Shown here piece by piece: positions 44,986-55,342 of a stretch of 64,000 nucleotides of DNA. Below the pieces are notes generated by a model, which was not told where the DNA came from, did not search any database, and worked only from the letters and a program-made list of their open reading frames with translations. Location: contig JBBFKZ010000001.1 of the NCBI GenBank assembly GCA_037481775.1, forward strand, positions 151,150 through 215,149, read 5' to 3'. Every line of letters starts with the position of its first letter. Positions within the stretch are counted from its first letter, which is position 1. The translations under genes and the position numbers were made by a program. The DNA is from Candidatus Bathyarchaeia archaeon (GTDB lineage Archaea > Thermoproteota > Bathyarchaeia > Bathyarchaeales > Bathycorpusculaceae).

Positions 44986-46428
44986 ATGTCAGACATGGGA
45001 GTAACCGTTAAAAAAAGCGAAAACTTCTCAGAATGGTACACGGAGGTAGTTTTAAAATCAGGGCTAGCTGACTACGCCCCAATAAAGGGTTGCATGGTTT
45101 TCCGCGAGCTTTCCTACGCCATCTGGGAGAAAATCCAGGAAATTTTCAACAAGAAGATAAAGGCGACTGGCCACAAGAACGTTTATTTCCCCATGTTTAT
45201 ACCTGAGAGCTTTCTGAAGAAAGAGGCAGAGCACTTTGCAGGGTTTATTCCAGAAGTTGCTTGGGTAACCGAAGGTGGCGATTCACCATTAGAGGAGAGG
45301 CTCGCCGTAAGGCCGACTTCTGAAACGATAATTTACGCTACTTACGCGAAATGGATTAGAAGCTGGCGAGACCTGCCAGTCAAGCTTAATCAATGGTGCA
45401 ATGTTGTCAGATGGGAAACCAAGGCAACTAAGCCCTTCCTTAGAACCAGAGAATTCCTATGGCAAGAGGGGCACACTGCACATGCGACAAAAGCTGACTC
45501 AGATAAAGAAGTGATGGACATCCTAAACGATTACAAGGATTTAATGGAAAACTACCTCGCAATCCCCGTGCTTATCGGCGTGAAAACCGACAAAGAAAAG
45601 TTCGCTGGCGCTCTTTACACGACAACGCTGGAAGCAATGATGCCTGATGGGAAAGCTTTACAGATGGGTACATCACATAATTTGGGACAAAATTTCGCCA
45701 AGGTTTTTGACATAAAATTCATAGGAGAAGATGAGAAGGAGCATCATGTTTGGCAAACCTCATGGGGCATATCCACACGGCTGATAGGCGCGCTTGTTAT
45801 GGTTCACGGCGACGACAAGGGCTTAGTAATCCCTCCGAAAGTTGCGCCAATACACGTTGTCATAGTGCCTATACCGTACAAGGACGCGGACTCCACGGCG
45901 ATATTGGCAAAAGCCAAAGAAATTCTGGCAAAACTCGAAGCGTGTGGCATAACCGCAATTTTGGATGATAGAGAAGAATACACGCCTGGATGGAAATTCA
46001 ACGAGTGGGAACTGAAGGGTGTGCCCATACGTATAGAGATAGGCCCAAGAGATCTTAAGCAAAACCAGCTAACCATAGCGAGAAGAGACACCTGCCAGAA
46101 AACTGCAGTTAAGATGGAAGATGCCGTGCAAGCTGTAGAAAAGCTCCTTGAGGACATCCAAAGCAACTTGTACGCCAAAGCTAAAGCAGCCTTAATGGAA
46201 AAAACAACTACTGTGCGTAGCTATGATGATTTTCAGCGGACGCTCCGAGAGAAAGGCGGCTTCATCAAAGCGCCTTGGTGTGGTAGCAGCGACTGCGAAG
46301 AGAAGATCAAGGACGAAACAGGCGCCACAATTAGGCTGAAACCATTCGAAAAAGAGGCGCCCACAGCCAACTGCATTTGCTGCGGTGCAAAAGCTGTGGA
46401 AATGGTGTACTTCGCCAAATCCTATTAA
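44986..46428 (+). CDS. proS: Prolyl-tRNA synthetase (archaeal/eukaryal type)
   Basis: 480 aa. 'FSEWYTEVVLKSGLADYAPIKGCMVFRE' N-terminus, class II motifs, and a C-terminal Cys cluster ending in 'YFAKSY'. Confidence 0.9.
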   Translation: MSDMGVTVKKSENFSEWYTEVVLKSGLADYAPIKGCMVFRELSYAIWEKIQEIFNKKIKATGHKNVYFPMFIPESFLKKEAEHFAGFIPEVAWVTEGGDSPLEERLAVRPTSETIIYATYAKWIRSWRDLPVKLNQWCNVVRWETKATKPFLRTREFLWQEGHTAHATKADSDKEVMDILNDYKDLMENYLAIPVLIGVKTDKEKFAGALYTTTLEAMMPDGKALQMGTSHNLGQNFAKVFDIKFIGEDEKEHHVWQTSWGISTRLIGALVMVHGDDKGLVIPPKVAPIHVVIVPIPYKDADSTAILAKAKEILAKLEACGITAILDDREEYTPGWKFNEWELKGVPIRIEIGPRDLKQNQLTIARRDTCQKTAVKMEDAVQAVEKLLEDIQSNLYAKAKAALMEKTTTVRSYDDFQRTLREKGGFIKAPWCGSSDCEEKIKDETGATIRLKPFEKEAPTANCICCGAKAVEMVYFAKSY

Positions 46429-46443
46429 ACAGCATCTGCTTTA

Positions 46444-48276
46444 CTATTCAGCTATCTTGACGTACTTGCCAAGCTGCTTGGCCACATCATCTAACCCAAG
46501 CCTCTTCAATGTTGCTTTTCTCGGTATTCCCCGCTCATCCCAGCCTCTCTTCTGATAATACTTTTGTAGCATAATATTGTAATTTTCCAAGTCGAGTTTG
46601 GCACCTTTCAGGGGTCCTTTAGTTAACGGCTCTTTAAACCATCTTACAGGCGGCACGTCCATCTCACTTGACCAGCGGCTTCCATACTCGCGCACCCAAA
46701 AAGCTCGAATCAAATTCCATACGCGCTCGCCTATTTCATTTAGTCTGTTCCAAGTGAACTCCACGCCAGTGGCAACGCGGAGAAAACGAGTGTACCACTG
46801 CAGTTCTAACCCAAGCGAAATACTTGGGAACCGGCAAACTGTTAAAGATTCAAAAACTCCACCGCGCTGATGCTGCATCTCTATAATCTTGACAATTTTT
46901 TCTTCGCTATAGCTTCCGCGGTTAACTTTAACTTCCCAGGAAATCAGCCATGCATCCTTATGATGCGCGCCAATTGCGCTGGTGCCGTAAGCCAACGCCA
47001 TGCCGGGCGCAGCGTGGCAATTGTAGGCGGAGACTTCTAACCCCTTAACGTGCATTGCCCACTCGTTTGCGCCGTAACCTATTTTTGCAGCGGCAGCTTG
47101 TGCTCCTTCAGCGAGAACATCGCCTAGTCCGCGCCTATACGCTATGTCTTCAATTAGCTGTTTGGCTTCCGCATATTCTCCCCAGTTGAGCTTATCAGCG
47201 ATTCGATGCTTCTCGGATGCTTCAATGGCAAAGCCCAACACGTTGCCAAGCGAAATCGAGTCTAGGCCCAGTTCGTCTGCCATGCGGTTTAAAGCCGCAA
47301 CCTGTCTGAGGCTGCCTAATCCTATATTAGCACCGAGCATTGCCACGTTCTCGTAATCCAGCTCCGCTTCCCTTCTATGTGCGTCTCTGATAACATTGCC
47401 GCATGTCATGTTGCATTGGGGGCAGCCGCGGTTGGAAACCTTGATTTTCTCCATGGCGAAACCGCCTATCTTGTCTGCTTTATCAAAAACGGCTTCTTGG
47501 AAATTGAAGGTTGGTAGCACACTATTTTCTTGGCTCCACTCTATAGTTGACATTGTTCCCTGCCGTTTCCAAAAGGTGTAGAGAGGCAATGTTAACACTT
47601 CCCTGTAGCTTGCTGCACTAAGCTCTTTCATCTCTTTAGGATATGCAAGCGGCAGGCTGTCAAAACCTTCAAAAACGACTGCTTTCAGATTTTTGGAGCC
47701 CATAACTGCGCCCATTCCAGGTCTTCCACCCGAACGGCCTTCCTGAGCGATGACGGTGGCAAACTTGACGAGGTTCTCCCCTGCTGGGCCAATAGATACA
47801 ATGCCCGCGCTTTGTCCATAAATGTCCTTCAGCTGTGCCTCGGTTTCGAATGTGCTTAAGCCCCAGAAATCTTTAGCGTCCACAAACTCGGCCGTTTTAT
47901 CCTTAATATGAAGAATGATAGGTGTCTCTGCTTTTCCCTCAATAATAACGGCGTCGTAACCAGCTTTACGCATCTGAACCGCAGCGGTGCTCCCAATGTT
48001 TCCATCACCATAACCGCCTGTCAGAGGGCTCTTCGCTGCTACAACAAACTTACCGCTGTTCGGTAAGCCTATCCCCGTCAATGGCCCAGCCGCAAAGACA
48101 AGCTTATTTTCCGGCGATAGTGGTTCGGTTCCAGGTTTTAGCCCGTCCCACAGAATCTTGGCGGCGAAGCCTCTGCCGCCGAGAAAATTCAGGGCCATGT
48201 TCGCGTCATATGACTCTGCAACTGCCTTGTTCTTGCTTAGGTTAACTTGCAAGAAAACTCCATTCCACCCAAACAT
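46444..48276 (-). CDS. aor: Aldehyde:ferredoxin oxidoreductase family (tungstopterin) enzyme
   Basis: Start set at 'MFGWNGVFLQVNLS', the canonical AOR N-terminus; the track ORF extends to 48333. Also 'GCPQCNMTCG' 4Fe-4S ligands. Confidence 0.85.
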   Translation of the reverse strand: MFGWNGVFLQVNLSKNKAVAESYDANMALNFLGGRGFAAKILWDGLKPGTEPLSPENKLVFAAGPLTGIGLPNSGKFVVAAKSPLTGGYGDGNIGSTAAVQMRKAGYDAVIIEGKAETPIILHIKDKTAEFVDAKDFWGLSTFETEAQLKDIYGQSAGIVSIGPAGENLVKFATVIAQEGRSGGRPGMGAVMGSKNLKAVVFEGFDSLPLAYPKEMKELSAASYREVLTLPLYTFWKRQGTMSTIEWSQENSVLPTFNFQEAVFDKADKIGGFAMEKIKVSNRGCPQCNMTCGNVIRDAHRREAELDYENVAMLGANIGLGSLRQVAALNRMADELGLDSISLGNVLGFAIEASEKHRIADKLNWGEYAEAKQLIEDIAYRRGLGDVLAEGAQAAAAKIGYGANEWAMHVKGLEVSAYNCHAAPGMALAYGTSAIGAHHKDAWLISWEVKVNRGSYSEEKIVKIIEMQHQRGGVFESLTVCRFPSISLGLELQWYTRFLRVATGVEFTWNRLNEIGERVWNLIRAFWVREYGSRWSSEMDVPPVRWFKEPLTKGPLKGAKLDLENYNIMLQKYYQKRGWDERGIPRKATLKRLGLDDVAKQLGKYVKIAE

Positions 48277-48449
48277 GCGTATCACCGCGCGCGTGTGCCA
48301 TATAATAAACGACGGAAATAAAAGTTTAATCAACCGTTACGAATACTGTCCTCTACAGAACACATGCATTTTCATTCGGGTTCCTCGGTTCTTCGGAAGC
48401 TTTATGTTTTGGAATAGCGCAAGTGTGAAGTTATGCAGGGGCTTTAACA

Positions 48450-49652
48450 GTGGTGCGCATAAAAATTACAGAACGAGCAAAATCTGTTGAATACGCAATA
48501 CGTGACGTAGTAGTTAACGCCGGATCCTTAGCAACTACCGGTAGAAAAATTTTCTACCTAAACATAGGTGATCCTGTAGCGTTTGATTTTCCCACGCCTC
48601 CGCATATCAAACAAGCTCTTTGTGAGGCTGTCCAGTCTGAAAAGAACTATTATGCGCCTTCAGAAGGGCTGCTTGAGCTGAGGCAGGCAATTGCTGAAAA
48701 AGAAAAAAAAGTCAATGGCGTAGACATAACTGCAGAAAATGTTCTAGTTACCGCAGGAGTCTCAGAAGGAATCCGTATGGTTATATCGGCGCTGATAGAG
48801 AAAGGCGATGAAATTCTTGTTCCCGGACCCGCGTATCCGCCGTATATCTCCTATGCGAAGGCGTATTATGGAAAGCCAGTCACTTACGAAACAGTAGAGG
48901 AAGAAAACTGGCAGCCGAACATTGACGATTTGCGGAGGAAAATTTCGAAGAAGACACGGGCGATAGTGATAATCAATCCAAATAATCCCACAGGCGCGCT
49001 TTACAGGAGAAAGGTTGTCAAGCAAATATTAGACATAGCTGGCGAGCATGATCTGCTGGTTTTGTCAGATGAAATTTACGATCAGATACGATACGTTGAA
49101 GAGTGCGAAAGCACCGCGCATTTAGCCAAAGACTTACCCGTAGTAGGCTTGAATGGCTTCTCAAAAGTGTACCTCATGACGGGCTGGCGGCTTGGCTACA
49201 TATACTTCCATGAGCAAAACGGCGAGTTACAGGAGCTGAAGGAAAGCATAGAAAAAGAGCAGCGCATCCGAATCTGCGCTAATACCCCCGTCCAAGTTGC
49301 GGGAGTTGCCGCGCTGAAGGGCCCGCAGGATCATGTGAAAGATCTCGTTGAAAGGCTTAGAGTTAGACGAGACTACGCATGGAAGAGGCTGAATGAAATC
49401 GAAGGAATAAGCTGCGCGAAACCTGAGGGTGCCTTCTACGTGTTTCCGAAGATTCACGGTGTCGGCGCAAGGTGGAAGACAGACATGGAGTTTGCCATCG
49501 AACTCTTAAAAGAAACAGGTGTTCTGCTAGTGCATGGTTCAGGCTTTGACCCCGCCTATGGCGCTGGGCATGTTCGAATGGTGTTCCTTCCTCCAATTGA
49601 GACGCTGGAGCAAGCCTTCAACGCGATAGAACGCTTCATGAAAAAGAAGTAG
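48450..49652 (+). CDS. Class I/II aminotransferase, alanine aminotransferase-like
   Basis: 400 aa with a GTG start. 'SVEYAIRDV', 'LNIGDP', 'NPNNPTGALY' and 'GFSKVYLMTGWRLGY' (PLP lysine) closely follow my recollection of the Pyrococcus AlaAT pattern. Confidence 0.8.
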   Translation: MVRIKITERAKSVEYAIRDVVVNAGSLATTGRKIFYLNIGDPVAFDFPTPPHIKQALCEAVQSEKNYYAPSEGLLELRQAIAEKEKKVNGVDITAENVLVTAGVSEGIRMVISALIEKGDEILVPGPAYPPYISYAKAYYGKPVTYETVEEENWQPNIDDLRRKISKKTRAIVIINPNNPTGALYRRKVVKQILDIAGEHDLLVLSDEIYDQIRYVEECESTAHLAKDLPVVGLNGFSKVYLMTGWRLGYIYFHEQNGELQELKESIEKEQRIRICANTPVQVAGVAALKGPQDHVKDLVERLRVRRDYAWKRLNEIEGISCAKPEGAFYVFPKIHGVGARWKTDMEFAIELLKETGVLLVHGSGFDPAYGAGHVRMVFLPPIETLEQAFNAIERFMKKK

Positions 49653-49683
49653 CCCGAAAAGCCTCTAATGTCCTGCTTCGGGT

Positions 49684-50583
49684 TTATTGGTAAATTGGCA
49701 CTCCCTCGGCGGGGTCGGCGATTGCCTTCTGGAAGGCATCCATCAGCCTTTTCGTAACTGGCCCGGGTTTTCCTTCGCCTATTTGCCGCTTGTTCACTTC
49801 CCTTATGGGCACAATCTCCGCTGCAGTGCCAGTGAAGAATGCCTCATCGGCGGTGAACAACTGGAAAGGCGTAATATTGCATTCGGTTACTTCGTATCCT
49901 AAGGTTCTGGCAAGCTTGATCACAAACTGCGCTGTGATGCCTGCTAATGCGCCTGTAGTGCTTGGCGGAGTAAAGATTTTCCCGTCCTTGACTATGAATA
50001 GGTTTTCACCTACTCCTTCGGCTATGACGCCGTTTTTGTCTAAGCAAATCGCTTCGTCAGCGCCACTTGCAGTAGCCTCTATTTTGCCCAGCACGCTGTT
50101 AAGGTAGTTTAGCGATTTTATCTCATGTGTGGAGGCGTCCACGGGGTTTCTTCTGACCCAGCTTATCATAGTGGAGATGCCCTTTTCTTTTGCTTCCTTC
50201 GACATTATGGAAATCGAGTCAGTTATGATAATCACAGAAGGCTTGGGGCACTTCCGCGGATCCAAGCCAAGGTCACCTACTCCTCTAGTAACTACAAGGC
50301 GTATGTACGCGTCTCTCAGCTTATTTCTGCGCAGCGTTTCAACAACGGCTTGTATCATTTCCTCTTTTGTTAAAGGTATTTTGAGCATGATGGCATGGGC
50401 TGAGCGGTACAAGCGGTCAATGTGCTCTTTTAGTTTGAAGACGACGCCGTTGTAGGCGCGGATGCCTTCAAAAACTCCGTCGCCGTATAGTAGGCCGTGA
50501 TCGTAGACAGAGATCTTGGCCTGAGATTTCGGATAGTATGCGCCGTCTATGTAGACTTGCAGCTCTTTTTCCATGGCTTTCAC
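49684..50583 (-). CDS. ilvE: Branched-chain amino acid aminotransferase (class IV)
   Basis: 299 aa. 'HGLLYGDGVFEGIRAYNG' and 'EGVGENLFIVKDGKIFTPP'. Confidence 0.85.
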   Translation of the reverse strand: MKAMEKELQVYIDGAYYPKSQAKISVYDHGLLYGDGVFEGIRAYNGVVFKLKEHIDRLYRSAHAIMLKIPLTKEEMIQAVVETLRRNKLRDAYIRLVVTRGVGDLGLDPRKCPKPSVIIITDSISIMSKEAKEKGISTMISWVRRNPVDASTHEIKSLNYLNSVLGKIEATASGADEAICLDKNGVIAEGVGENLFIVKDGKIFTPPSTTGALAGITAQFVIKLARTLGYEVTECNITPFQLFTADEAFFTGTAAEIVPIREVNKRQIGEGKPGPVTKRLMDAFQKAIADPAEGVPIYQ

Positions 50584-50654
50584 TTCGATATTGGCGCTTT
50601 TATTGTAAACATTGTTTGATATATTTTTTGGCCGTGATCTATATGCTTCATATA

Positions 50655-52532
50655 TCAGCCGTAGAATTGCGGTCTTTTGGAGAGTTGCATAGGCAAGGGC
50701 AACGGCTTAAACGGCTTGCCCTGCAGCTTATCGACGATTTTTGTTATCAACTCGTCTAGCTTTAGAGTTTGCACTTTACCGTGGGCTTCTCGGTCTCGCA
50801 CTGCGAGAACGCCTGATTCGAGTTCTCGTTGACCCACAACGATGATGTAGGGAACCCATTCCATCTCTGCCTCGCGGATTTTCTTCTGCAGCGTGAACGC
50901 TCTGTCGTCAATGTCTACGCGTATATTGTGCTCAGCCATTTTGCGCGCGATTTCCTCAACTTTCTCTGTGAAGCTGTCTGAGATGGGTATTAACCGCACT
51001 TGTGTAGGCGCCAGCCACAGGGGCAGCATGGGCAGTTTGCCGCTTTGCTGCTCGCGATAGGCTTTTTCCAGCAATGCATAAACACATCTTTCGATGGCGC
51101 CGCTGGGTGAGCAGTGCAGAATCAGCGGATGCTGCTTTTGACCTTTCTCGTCAACGTAGGTTATCTCATATCTCTTCGCGTTTTCAACATCTATCTGATC
51201 GGTGGAAAGCGCTGCAGCCTTGTCCTGATTATCCACGAAGTTGGCGTCCCATTTCAGCGTAAAGTAGAAGAAGCGTTCTGTCCACATTTCCACCAGCATG
51301 GGTTTGCCGAAGATTTTGGCCAAATCTGCAATGAAGTCCTTGTTTTCCTCGTAGAAGTCCTTTGTGAAGCGTATGGCAATTTCGTAATCCTCCTTTGACA
51401 AGCCGATGCTACTCAAAACGCTTATGCAAAGGTTAAAGCGCTTCTTAAACTCCTGCTTCGCCTGCTCCAAATCAGTGCAGAAAGCGTGGCAGTCTGGCAT
51501 GGTGAATGCGCGTAGCCGCTTTAAGCCTACGACCTCGCCGCTTTTCTCGCGTCTGAAACTGTAGCGGGTTAATTCGTAAACTTTAAGCGGCATCTGCTTG
51601 TAAGAGAACTGTGCATCATGCATCATCAAAAACTGACCGAAGCAAGCGGCGAACCTTAGGAAGAGTTCCTTGTCCTCTGTTTTCAGCAGGTACTGACGCG
51701 CGGGAAAACGATTCAAGTAATTCGCCAAGCTGGGATGATTGAAATCGTACATGACGGGTGTTTCCACTTCCATGGCGCCGTAGGCAATTATCTCTGAAGT
51801 CACAAACTGCTCAAGAAGAGATTTGATTAAACGCCCCTTTGGGTACCAGCGAATATTGCCGGGGTCACTGCCCTGTTCGTAATCAGCTATTTCCAACCGC
51901 TTCATCAAGGGCACATGCGGAGGCATCTGTTGGCTCGCGCGGACTTTTGAGATTTCATATTTGGCGAACTTTTCAAGATTCACATGCCCCTTGAAGTTGA
52001 AATCTTCGACTGGCGTAAGCTGGCCATCGGGCTTAAGAATGTGCCAATAAGACTTCAACTTCTCCTCAGCCTTTAACGCTTCAGAAACCTTTTCCTCCGG
52101 CTTGGCAGCGGTCTCAGCAGCTGAGGGCGCGTAGGAGCGGGCCTGCTCCGCCAGCGGATGCGCTTTGATGGAGATTGTGAACTGCTTATTCCATCCGAAA
52201 GGCGCGCGATAGGTTTCTATGCCCTTCTGCTTCGCGTAGGCTTCCATGGCCTTTATCACCTTTAGCGCTTCGGAAGGCTTGGACAGGTTGCTGCTTAAGT
52301 GCGCAAACGGGTAAATCAAGATTCGATTAACCTTAAGCTTCTCCAAGAAAACCGCAACATCGTCTATGGCTTTCTTCGCTAAAGCTGCATCGTCGCCTTC
52401 TTCGATGGCGGTAAAGAGCACAACGACTTCCTCAATGCGGTTTTCTTCCCTGCTGGCTTCTTCAGCCATAGCTATTTCTTTCTCAATAGGCTTGAACACA
52501 ATGAAGTTGGAATGTAACTGGAGTATCCGCAT
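50655..52532 (-). CDS. thrS: Threonyl-tRNA synthetase, archaeal type with N-terminal editing domain
   Basis: Start set at 'MRILQLHSNFIVFKP', with GGAG 13 nt upstream; the track ORF extends to GTG 52565. Class II catalytic core and C-terminal anticodon-binding domain. Confidence 0.85.
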   Translation of the reverse strand: MRILQLHSNFIVFKPIEKEIAMAEEASREENRIEEVVVLFTAIEEGDDAALAKKAIDDVAVFLEKLKVNRILIYPFAHLSSNLSKPSEALKVIKAMEAYAKQKGIETYRAPFGWNKQFTISIKAHPLAEQARSYAPSAAETAAKPEEKVSEALKAEEKLKSYWHILKPDGQLTPVEDFNFKGHVNLEKFAKYEISKVRASQQMPPHVPLMKRLEIADYEQGSDPGNIRWYPKGRLIKSLLEQFVTSEIIAYGAMEVETPVMYDFNHPSLANYLNRFPARQYLLKTEDKELFLRFAACFGQFLMMHDAQFSYKQMPLKVYELTRYSFRREKSGEVVGLKRLRAFTMPDCHAFCTDLEQAKQEFKKRFNLCISVLSSIGLSKEDYEIAIRFTKDFYEENKDFIADLAKIFGKPMLVEMWTERFFYFTLKWDANFVDNQDKAAALSTDQIDVENAKRYEITYVDEKGQKQHPLILHCSPSGAIERCVYALLEKAYREQQSGKLPMLPLWLAPTQVRLIPISDSFTEKVEEIARKMAEHNIRVDIDDRAFTLQKKIREAEMEWVPYIIVVGQRELESGVLAVRDREAHGKVQTLKLDELITKIVDKLQGKPFKPLPLPMQLSKRPQFYG

Positions 52533-52546
52533 GGGCTTGCTTTCTC

Positions 52547-52771
52547 CTAGGCGCTGAAACGCCACTTATCAATAGTTTTATCCTTTTTAGTCTTCTTCTT
52601 AAACTCCTTGTAATGCTCCCTGCAAAGATAAACACGTTTCTCGCTGCTGCTGACGTTCAAGCCAGCAGACTTGGCCTTCTGAGCGGAAAGCGAGCGGACA
52701 GCCTCCCCGCTGCAGCCAGACACGCTGCATTTGACTCCTTTGTCTATGCGTCCCACAGTTCTTGTCTCCAC
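52547..52771 (-). CDS. Small basic Cys/His protein (hypothetical)
   Basis: 74 aa. 'CSVSGC...CREH' plus a Lys-rich tail. Stops 15 nt before the thrS ATG. Confidence 0.4.
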   Translation of the reverse strand: METRTVGRIDKGVKCSVSGCSGEAVRSLSAQKAKSAGLNVSSSEKRVYLCREHYKEFKKKTKKDKTIDKWRFSA

Positions 52772-52796
52772 ACAGCTTTACGCACTACAATAGACA

Positions 52797-53723
52797 TCAT
52801 TGCTTAATTCCTTTTTCATAAATGCCGCGTGCTCTCTCATAAATTTCCTCTTTCTCGCCGAAGAACGTCGGCCCCACGCCTTCAACGACCAGCGACGCTG
52901 CGGCGGCACCCACGCAAGCGCACCATACTGGGTCTTTCTGGTGGATGTACTCTGCTAAGAAGCCGCCTATGAACGTATCTCCTGCGCCTGTAGGGTCAAT
53001 TGCCCTTCTGGAACGGCATGCTGGAATAGTATATTGCGCTCCGTTCTTGGAAAGCACAGCGCCTTTAGCGCCTAACGTAACAATGACTGTTTTAACGCCA
53101 AAGTCATGAACCGTTTTTATAGCTGATTTCAAGTCCGCACGCGCCGTCAACGCGCTGATTTCATCCTGAGAAGATTTGTAGATGTCAACGAGGCTGAGCA
53201 CATCAGGGTCCAATTGCGCCTGTAGCGTTACAGCGCCTGCCGCGTCGAAACTGCGTAGTAAACCCTGTGGATCAAGGGATAAAATCTCCGCAGAAGCTCT
53301 TAACCGCTCCATCACCTCATATGAGACTTCGCCTGCGACCGGCGCGATGTGGACTGCTTTGGCGTACAGAAACCGCGGTAAATCGCATACATCCAGCGCA
53401 GAAGCTTTGCTTGTTAATTTCAGCATTCTGCCTGCCAAATCGCTGCTGTATTCGAGTTTAAACCGTGTTGTCTGCTCCTCAGCGCGTTTCGTAACACTGG
53501 ACAGATCTATGCCCTCGGCGCCAAGCCACCACATGTAAGCCTCTGGAAAATCTCCGCCTACCTTCGAGATAACGGAAACCGCTGCACCTAGCTGTCTCGC
53601 GGCAAGCGAAACATATGCTGCGGCTCCGCCTAAAATGGTAAAAGGGCGACAGTGACTTGGCAGGTGAATGGTGTCTATAGTGAAATGCCCAACTACTGTA
53701 ACGTCAGAAGCATGGAGTGCCAT
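52797..53723 (-). CDS. PfkB-family carbohydrate/nucleoside kinase
   Basis: 308 aa. 'DPTGAGDTFIGGF' ATP/anion-hole motif. N-terminal GG-containing strand 'ILGGAAAY'. Confidence 0.75.
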   Translation of the reverse strand: MALHASDVTVVGHFTIDTIHLPSHCRPFTILGGAAAYVSLAARQLGAAVSVISKVGGDFPEAYMWWLGAEGIDLSSVTKRAEEQTTRFKLEYSSDLAGRMLKLTSKASALDVCDLPRFLYAKAVHIAPVAGEVSYEVMERLRASAEILSLDPQGLLRSFDAAGAVTLQAQLDPDVLSLVDIYKSSQDEISALTARADLKSAIKTVHDFGVKTVIVTLGAKGAVLSKNGAQYTIPACRSRRAIDPTGAGDTFIGGFLAEYIHQKDPVWCACVGAAAASLVVEGVGPTFFGEKEEIYERARGIYEKGIKQ

Positions 53724-53854
53724 CTAACCCCTCTTCTAGAAAACACGTATGGCGCATGTGCTATATAGGAATGCTTGAACCCAGAAGCGTATTTTTAGCC
53801 ACGTTTACGCTGTGAGCCACAAGCGACGTGCCTTATGCGAAGCAGGATGAAAAA

Positions 53855-54232
53855 TTATGATTGAAGCAGCAATATTGCTTTCGCCAAGTCGCCTTCACAT
53901 TCTTCCAGCGCTTTCCGAGCTTCTTCTATGCTTTTTCCCGTCTGGTCAGCCACAAGCTTAACGTCTTCTTCAGACACAACGAACCCTGATGCACTGGCAA
54001 CGGCACGTTCAGGCGCTTTTTCCGTGACTTTTCCGCCGATGATCTGAAAAATTTTCTGCCCTTGCATCTCAAGAATCGCCACTTCAGGCTGCTCAATCGT
54101 TATCTCCTTGCTGCTTGTTTTTATGATAACCTGCTCCACATCTGGGACAGCGTCCATATTCATGCCCAAGCGCTGCATCATGCGTCTTGTCTCTCGAGGG
54201 CTCATACGTTTATGCATAGGAACCGCATCCAC
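53855..54232 (-). CDS. nac: Nascent polypeptide-associated complex protein (aNAC) with UBA domain
   Basis: 'RRMMQRLGMNMDAVPDVEQVIIKT' NAC domain. C-terminal UBA-like 'SIEEARKALEECEGDLAKAILLL'. An internal ATG may be the true start. Confidence 0.8.
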   Translation of the reverse strand: MDAVPMHKRMSPRETRRMMQRLGMNMDAVPDVEQVIIKTSSKEITIEQPEVAILEMQGQKIFQIIGGKVTEKAPERAVASASGFVVSEEDVKLVADQTGKSIEEARKALEECEGDLAKAILLLQS

Positions 54233-54261
54233 AAACTATTCTGCGGTAGCGCCTCATATAC

Positions 54262-54753
54262 TTAACTTTCCTTGGCGCTTCCATGCCTAACCTTCACGGC
54301 GACTCCTGTCTTAAACGCCCTCATCTCAGCGCTTGACAACAAAGCGCGGCCAACAGCCAAAACCCGATTATCCTCATCGACGACTATTACTTCGTCCTTG
54401 GCGTGGACAGCGTCATCCACCTTAACTACATGTGCTGCAAAAACGTCGCCGCCGTCGGCCACGAACTCGGAAACGTCTCTTCTTACAGTAACAAAGCAGC
54501 GGGCGAAAGCTGCGTTTTCAACAATTAATTTAGCTGCTGTTATGCTTAAGGATAGCAAGCCGTCAGTGGGGCGGATAGTTGCGAGTCTCTTGCCATTTAA
54601 ATTAACGTAGCGTATTCTGCCCGTGGCTTTCGAGTACATTACCTCAACGCTCTCCGGAAATAGTTTCGCGCCTACTCCTTTTCCGAACTGGTAATCCGCT
54701 ATGCTTCTGAGCTGCTGTAACTCGTTGCGCATTTCTATTCGCCATTGCGCCAT
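54262..54753 (-). CDS. PUA-domain RNA-binding protein
   Basis: 'LRSIADYQFGKGVG' N-terminal module and C-terminal PUA-like 'DEVIVVDEDNRVLAVGRALLSSAEM'. Start at ATG 54753 or 54732. The track TTG start at 54837 would overlap mbf1. Confidence 0.65.
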   Translation of the reverse strand: MAQWRIEMRNELQQLRSIADYQFGKGVGAKLFPESVEVMYSKATGRIRYVNLNGKRLATIRPTDGLLSLSITAAKLIVENAAFARCFVTVRRDVSEFVADGGDVFAAHVVKVDDAVHAKDEVIVVDEDNRVLAVGRALLSSAEMRAFKTGVAVKVRHGSAKES

Positions 54754-54811
54754 TTTGTTTCGACAACTATAAACATCACCAAATAATAAAAACAGTATAG
54801 GTGAAGAACCA

Positions 54812-55342
54812 GTGCGATGCGAAGTCTGCGGCCGCAAAATTCACGGCACACCAATCAATGCTGTAATCGAAGGCGCTAAGCTAATGGTGTGTGCTGAATG
54901 CTCAAAACACGGAAAAATAATCAGCGAAGAAGAGGCCGACTTAAGGCAACAGCAACTTAAAAAGCCTTCACCGGCCACGCCGCTGGTGCAGAAAAAGAAG
55001 GTCGCGCCGGCCTCAGTTGAAATCACTCAGGAGGTTGTGGAAGGCTATCATGTCAAGATAAGGCAGGCGCGAGAGAAGCTGGGGCTTTCCCATGAGGAAC
55101 TGGGCAAGAAGATAAATGAGAAGGCATCTGTTTTAAGCAAGATTGAAACTGGAAAAATGGCGCCTGACAACGTTCTAGCCGCCAAGCTTGAGCATGCCTT
55201 GAAAATCAAGCTGCTTGTTCCAGTCAAAGATGAGGTTGCGCCTACAATGCTAAAGGCACCGAACCGCGAGACAACTCTAGGCGACCTTATAGAGCTAAAC
55301 AAGAAAAGCGCGGAGGAATCCACAGAACGAAAGCAATCATAG
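54812..55342 (+). CDS. mbf1: Multiprotein bridging factor 1 (zinc ribbon plus XRE HTH)
   Basis: GTG start with GGTGA 8 nt upstream. 'CEVCGRKI...CAECSKHG' zinc ribbon. HTH 'IRQAREKLGLSHEELGKKINEKASVLSKIETG'. Confidence 0.85.
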   Translation: MRCEVCGRKIHGTPINAVIEGAKLMVCAECSKHGKIISEEEADLRQQQLKKPSPATPLVQKKKVAPASVEITQEVVEGYHVKIRQAREKLGLSHEELGKKINEKASVLSKIETGKMAPDNVLAAKLEHALKIKLLVPVKDEVAPTMLKAPNRETTLGDLIELNKKSAEESTERKQS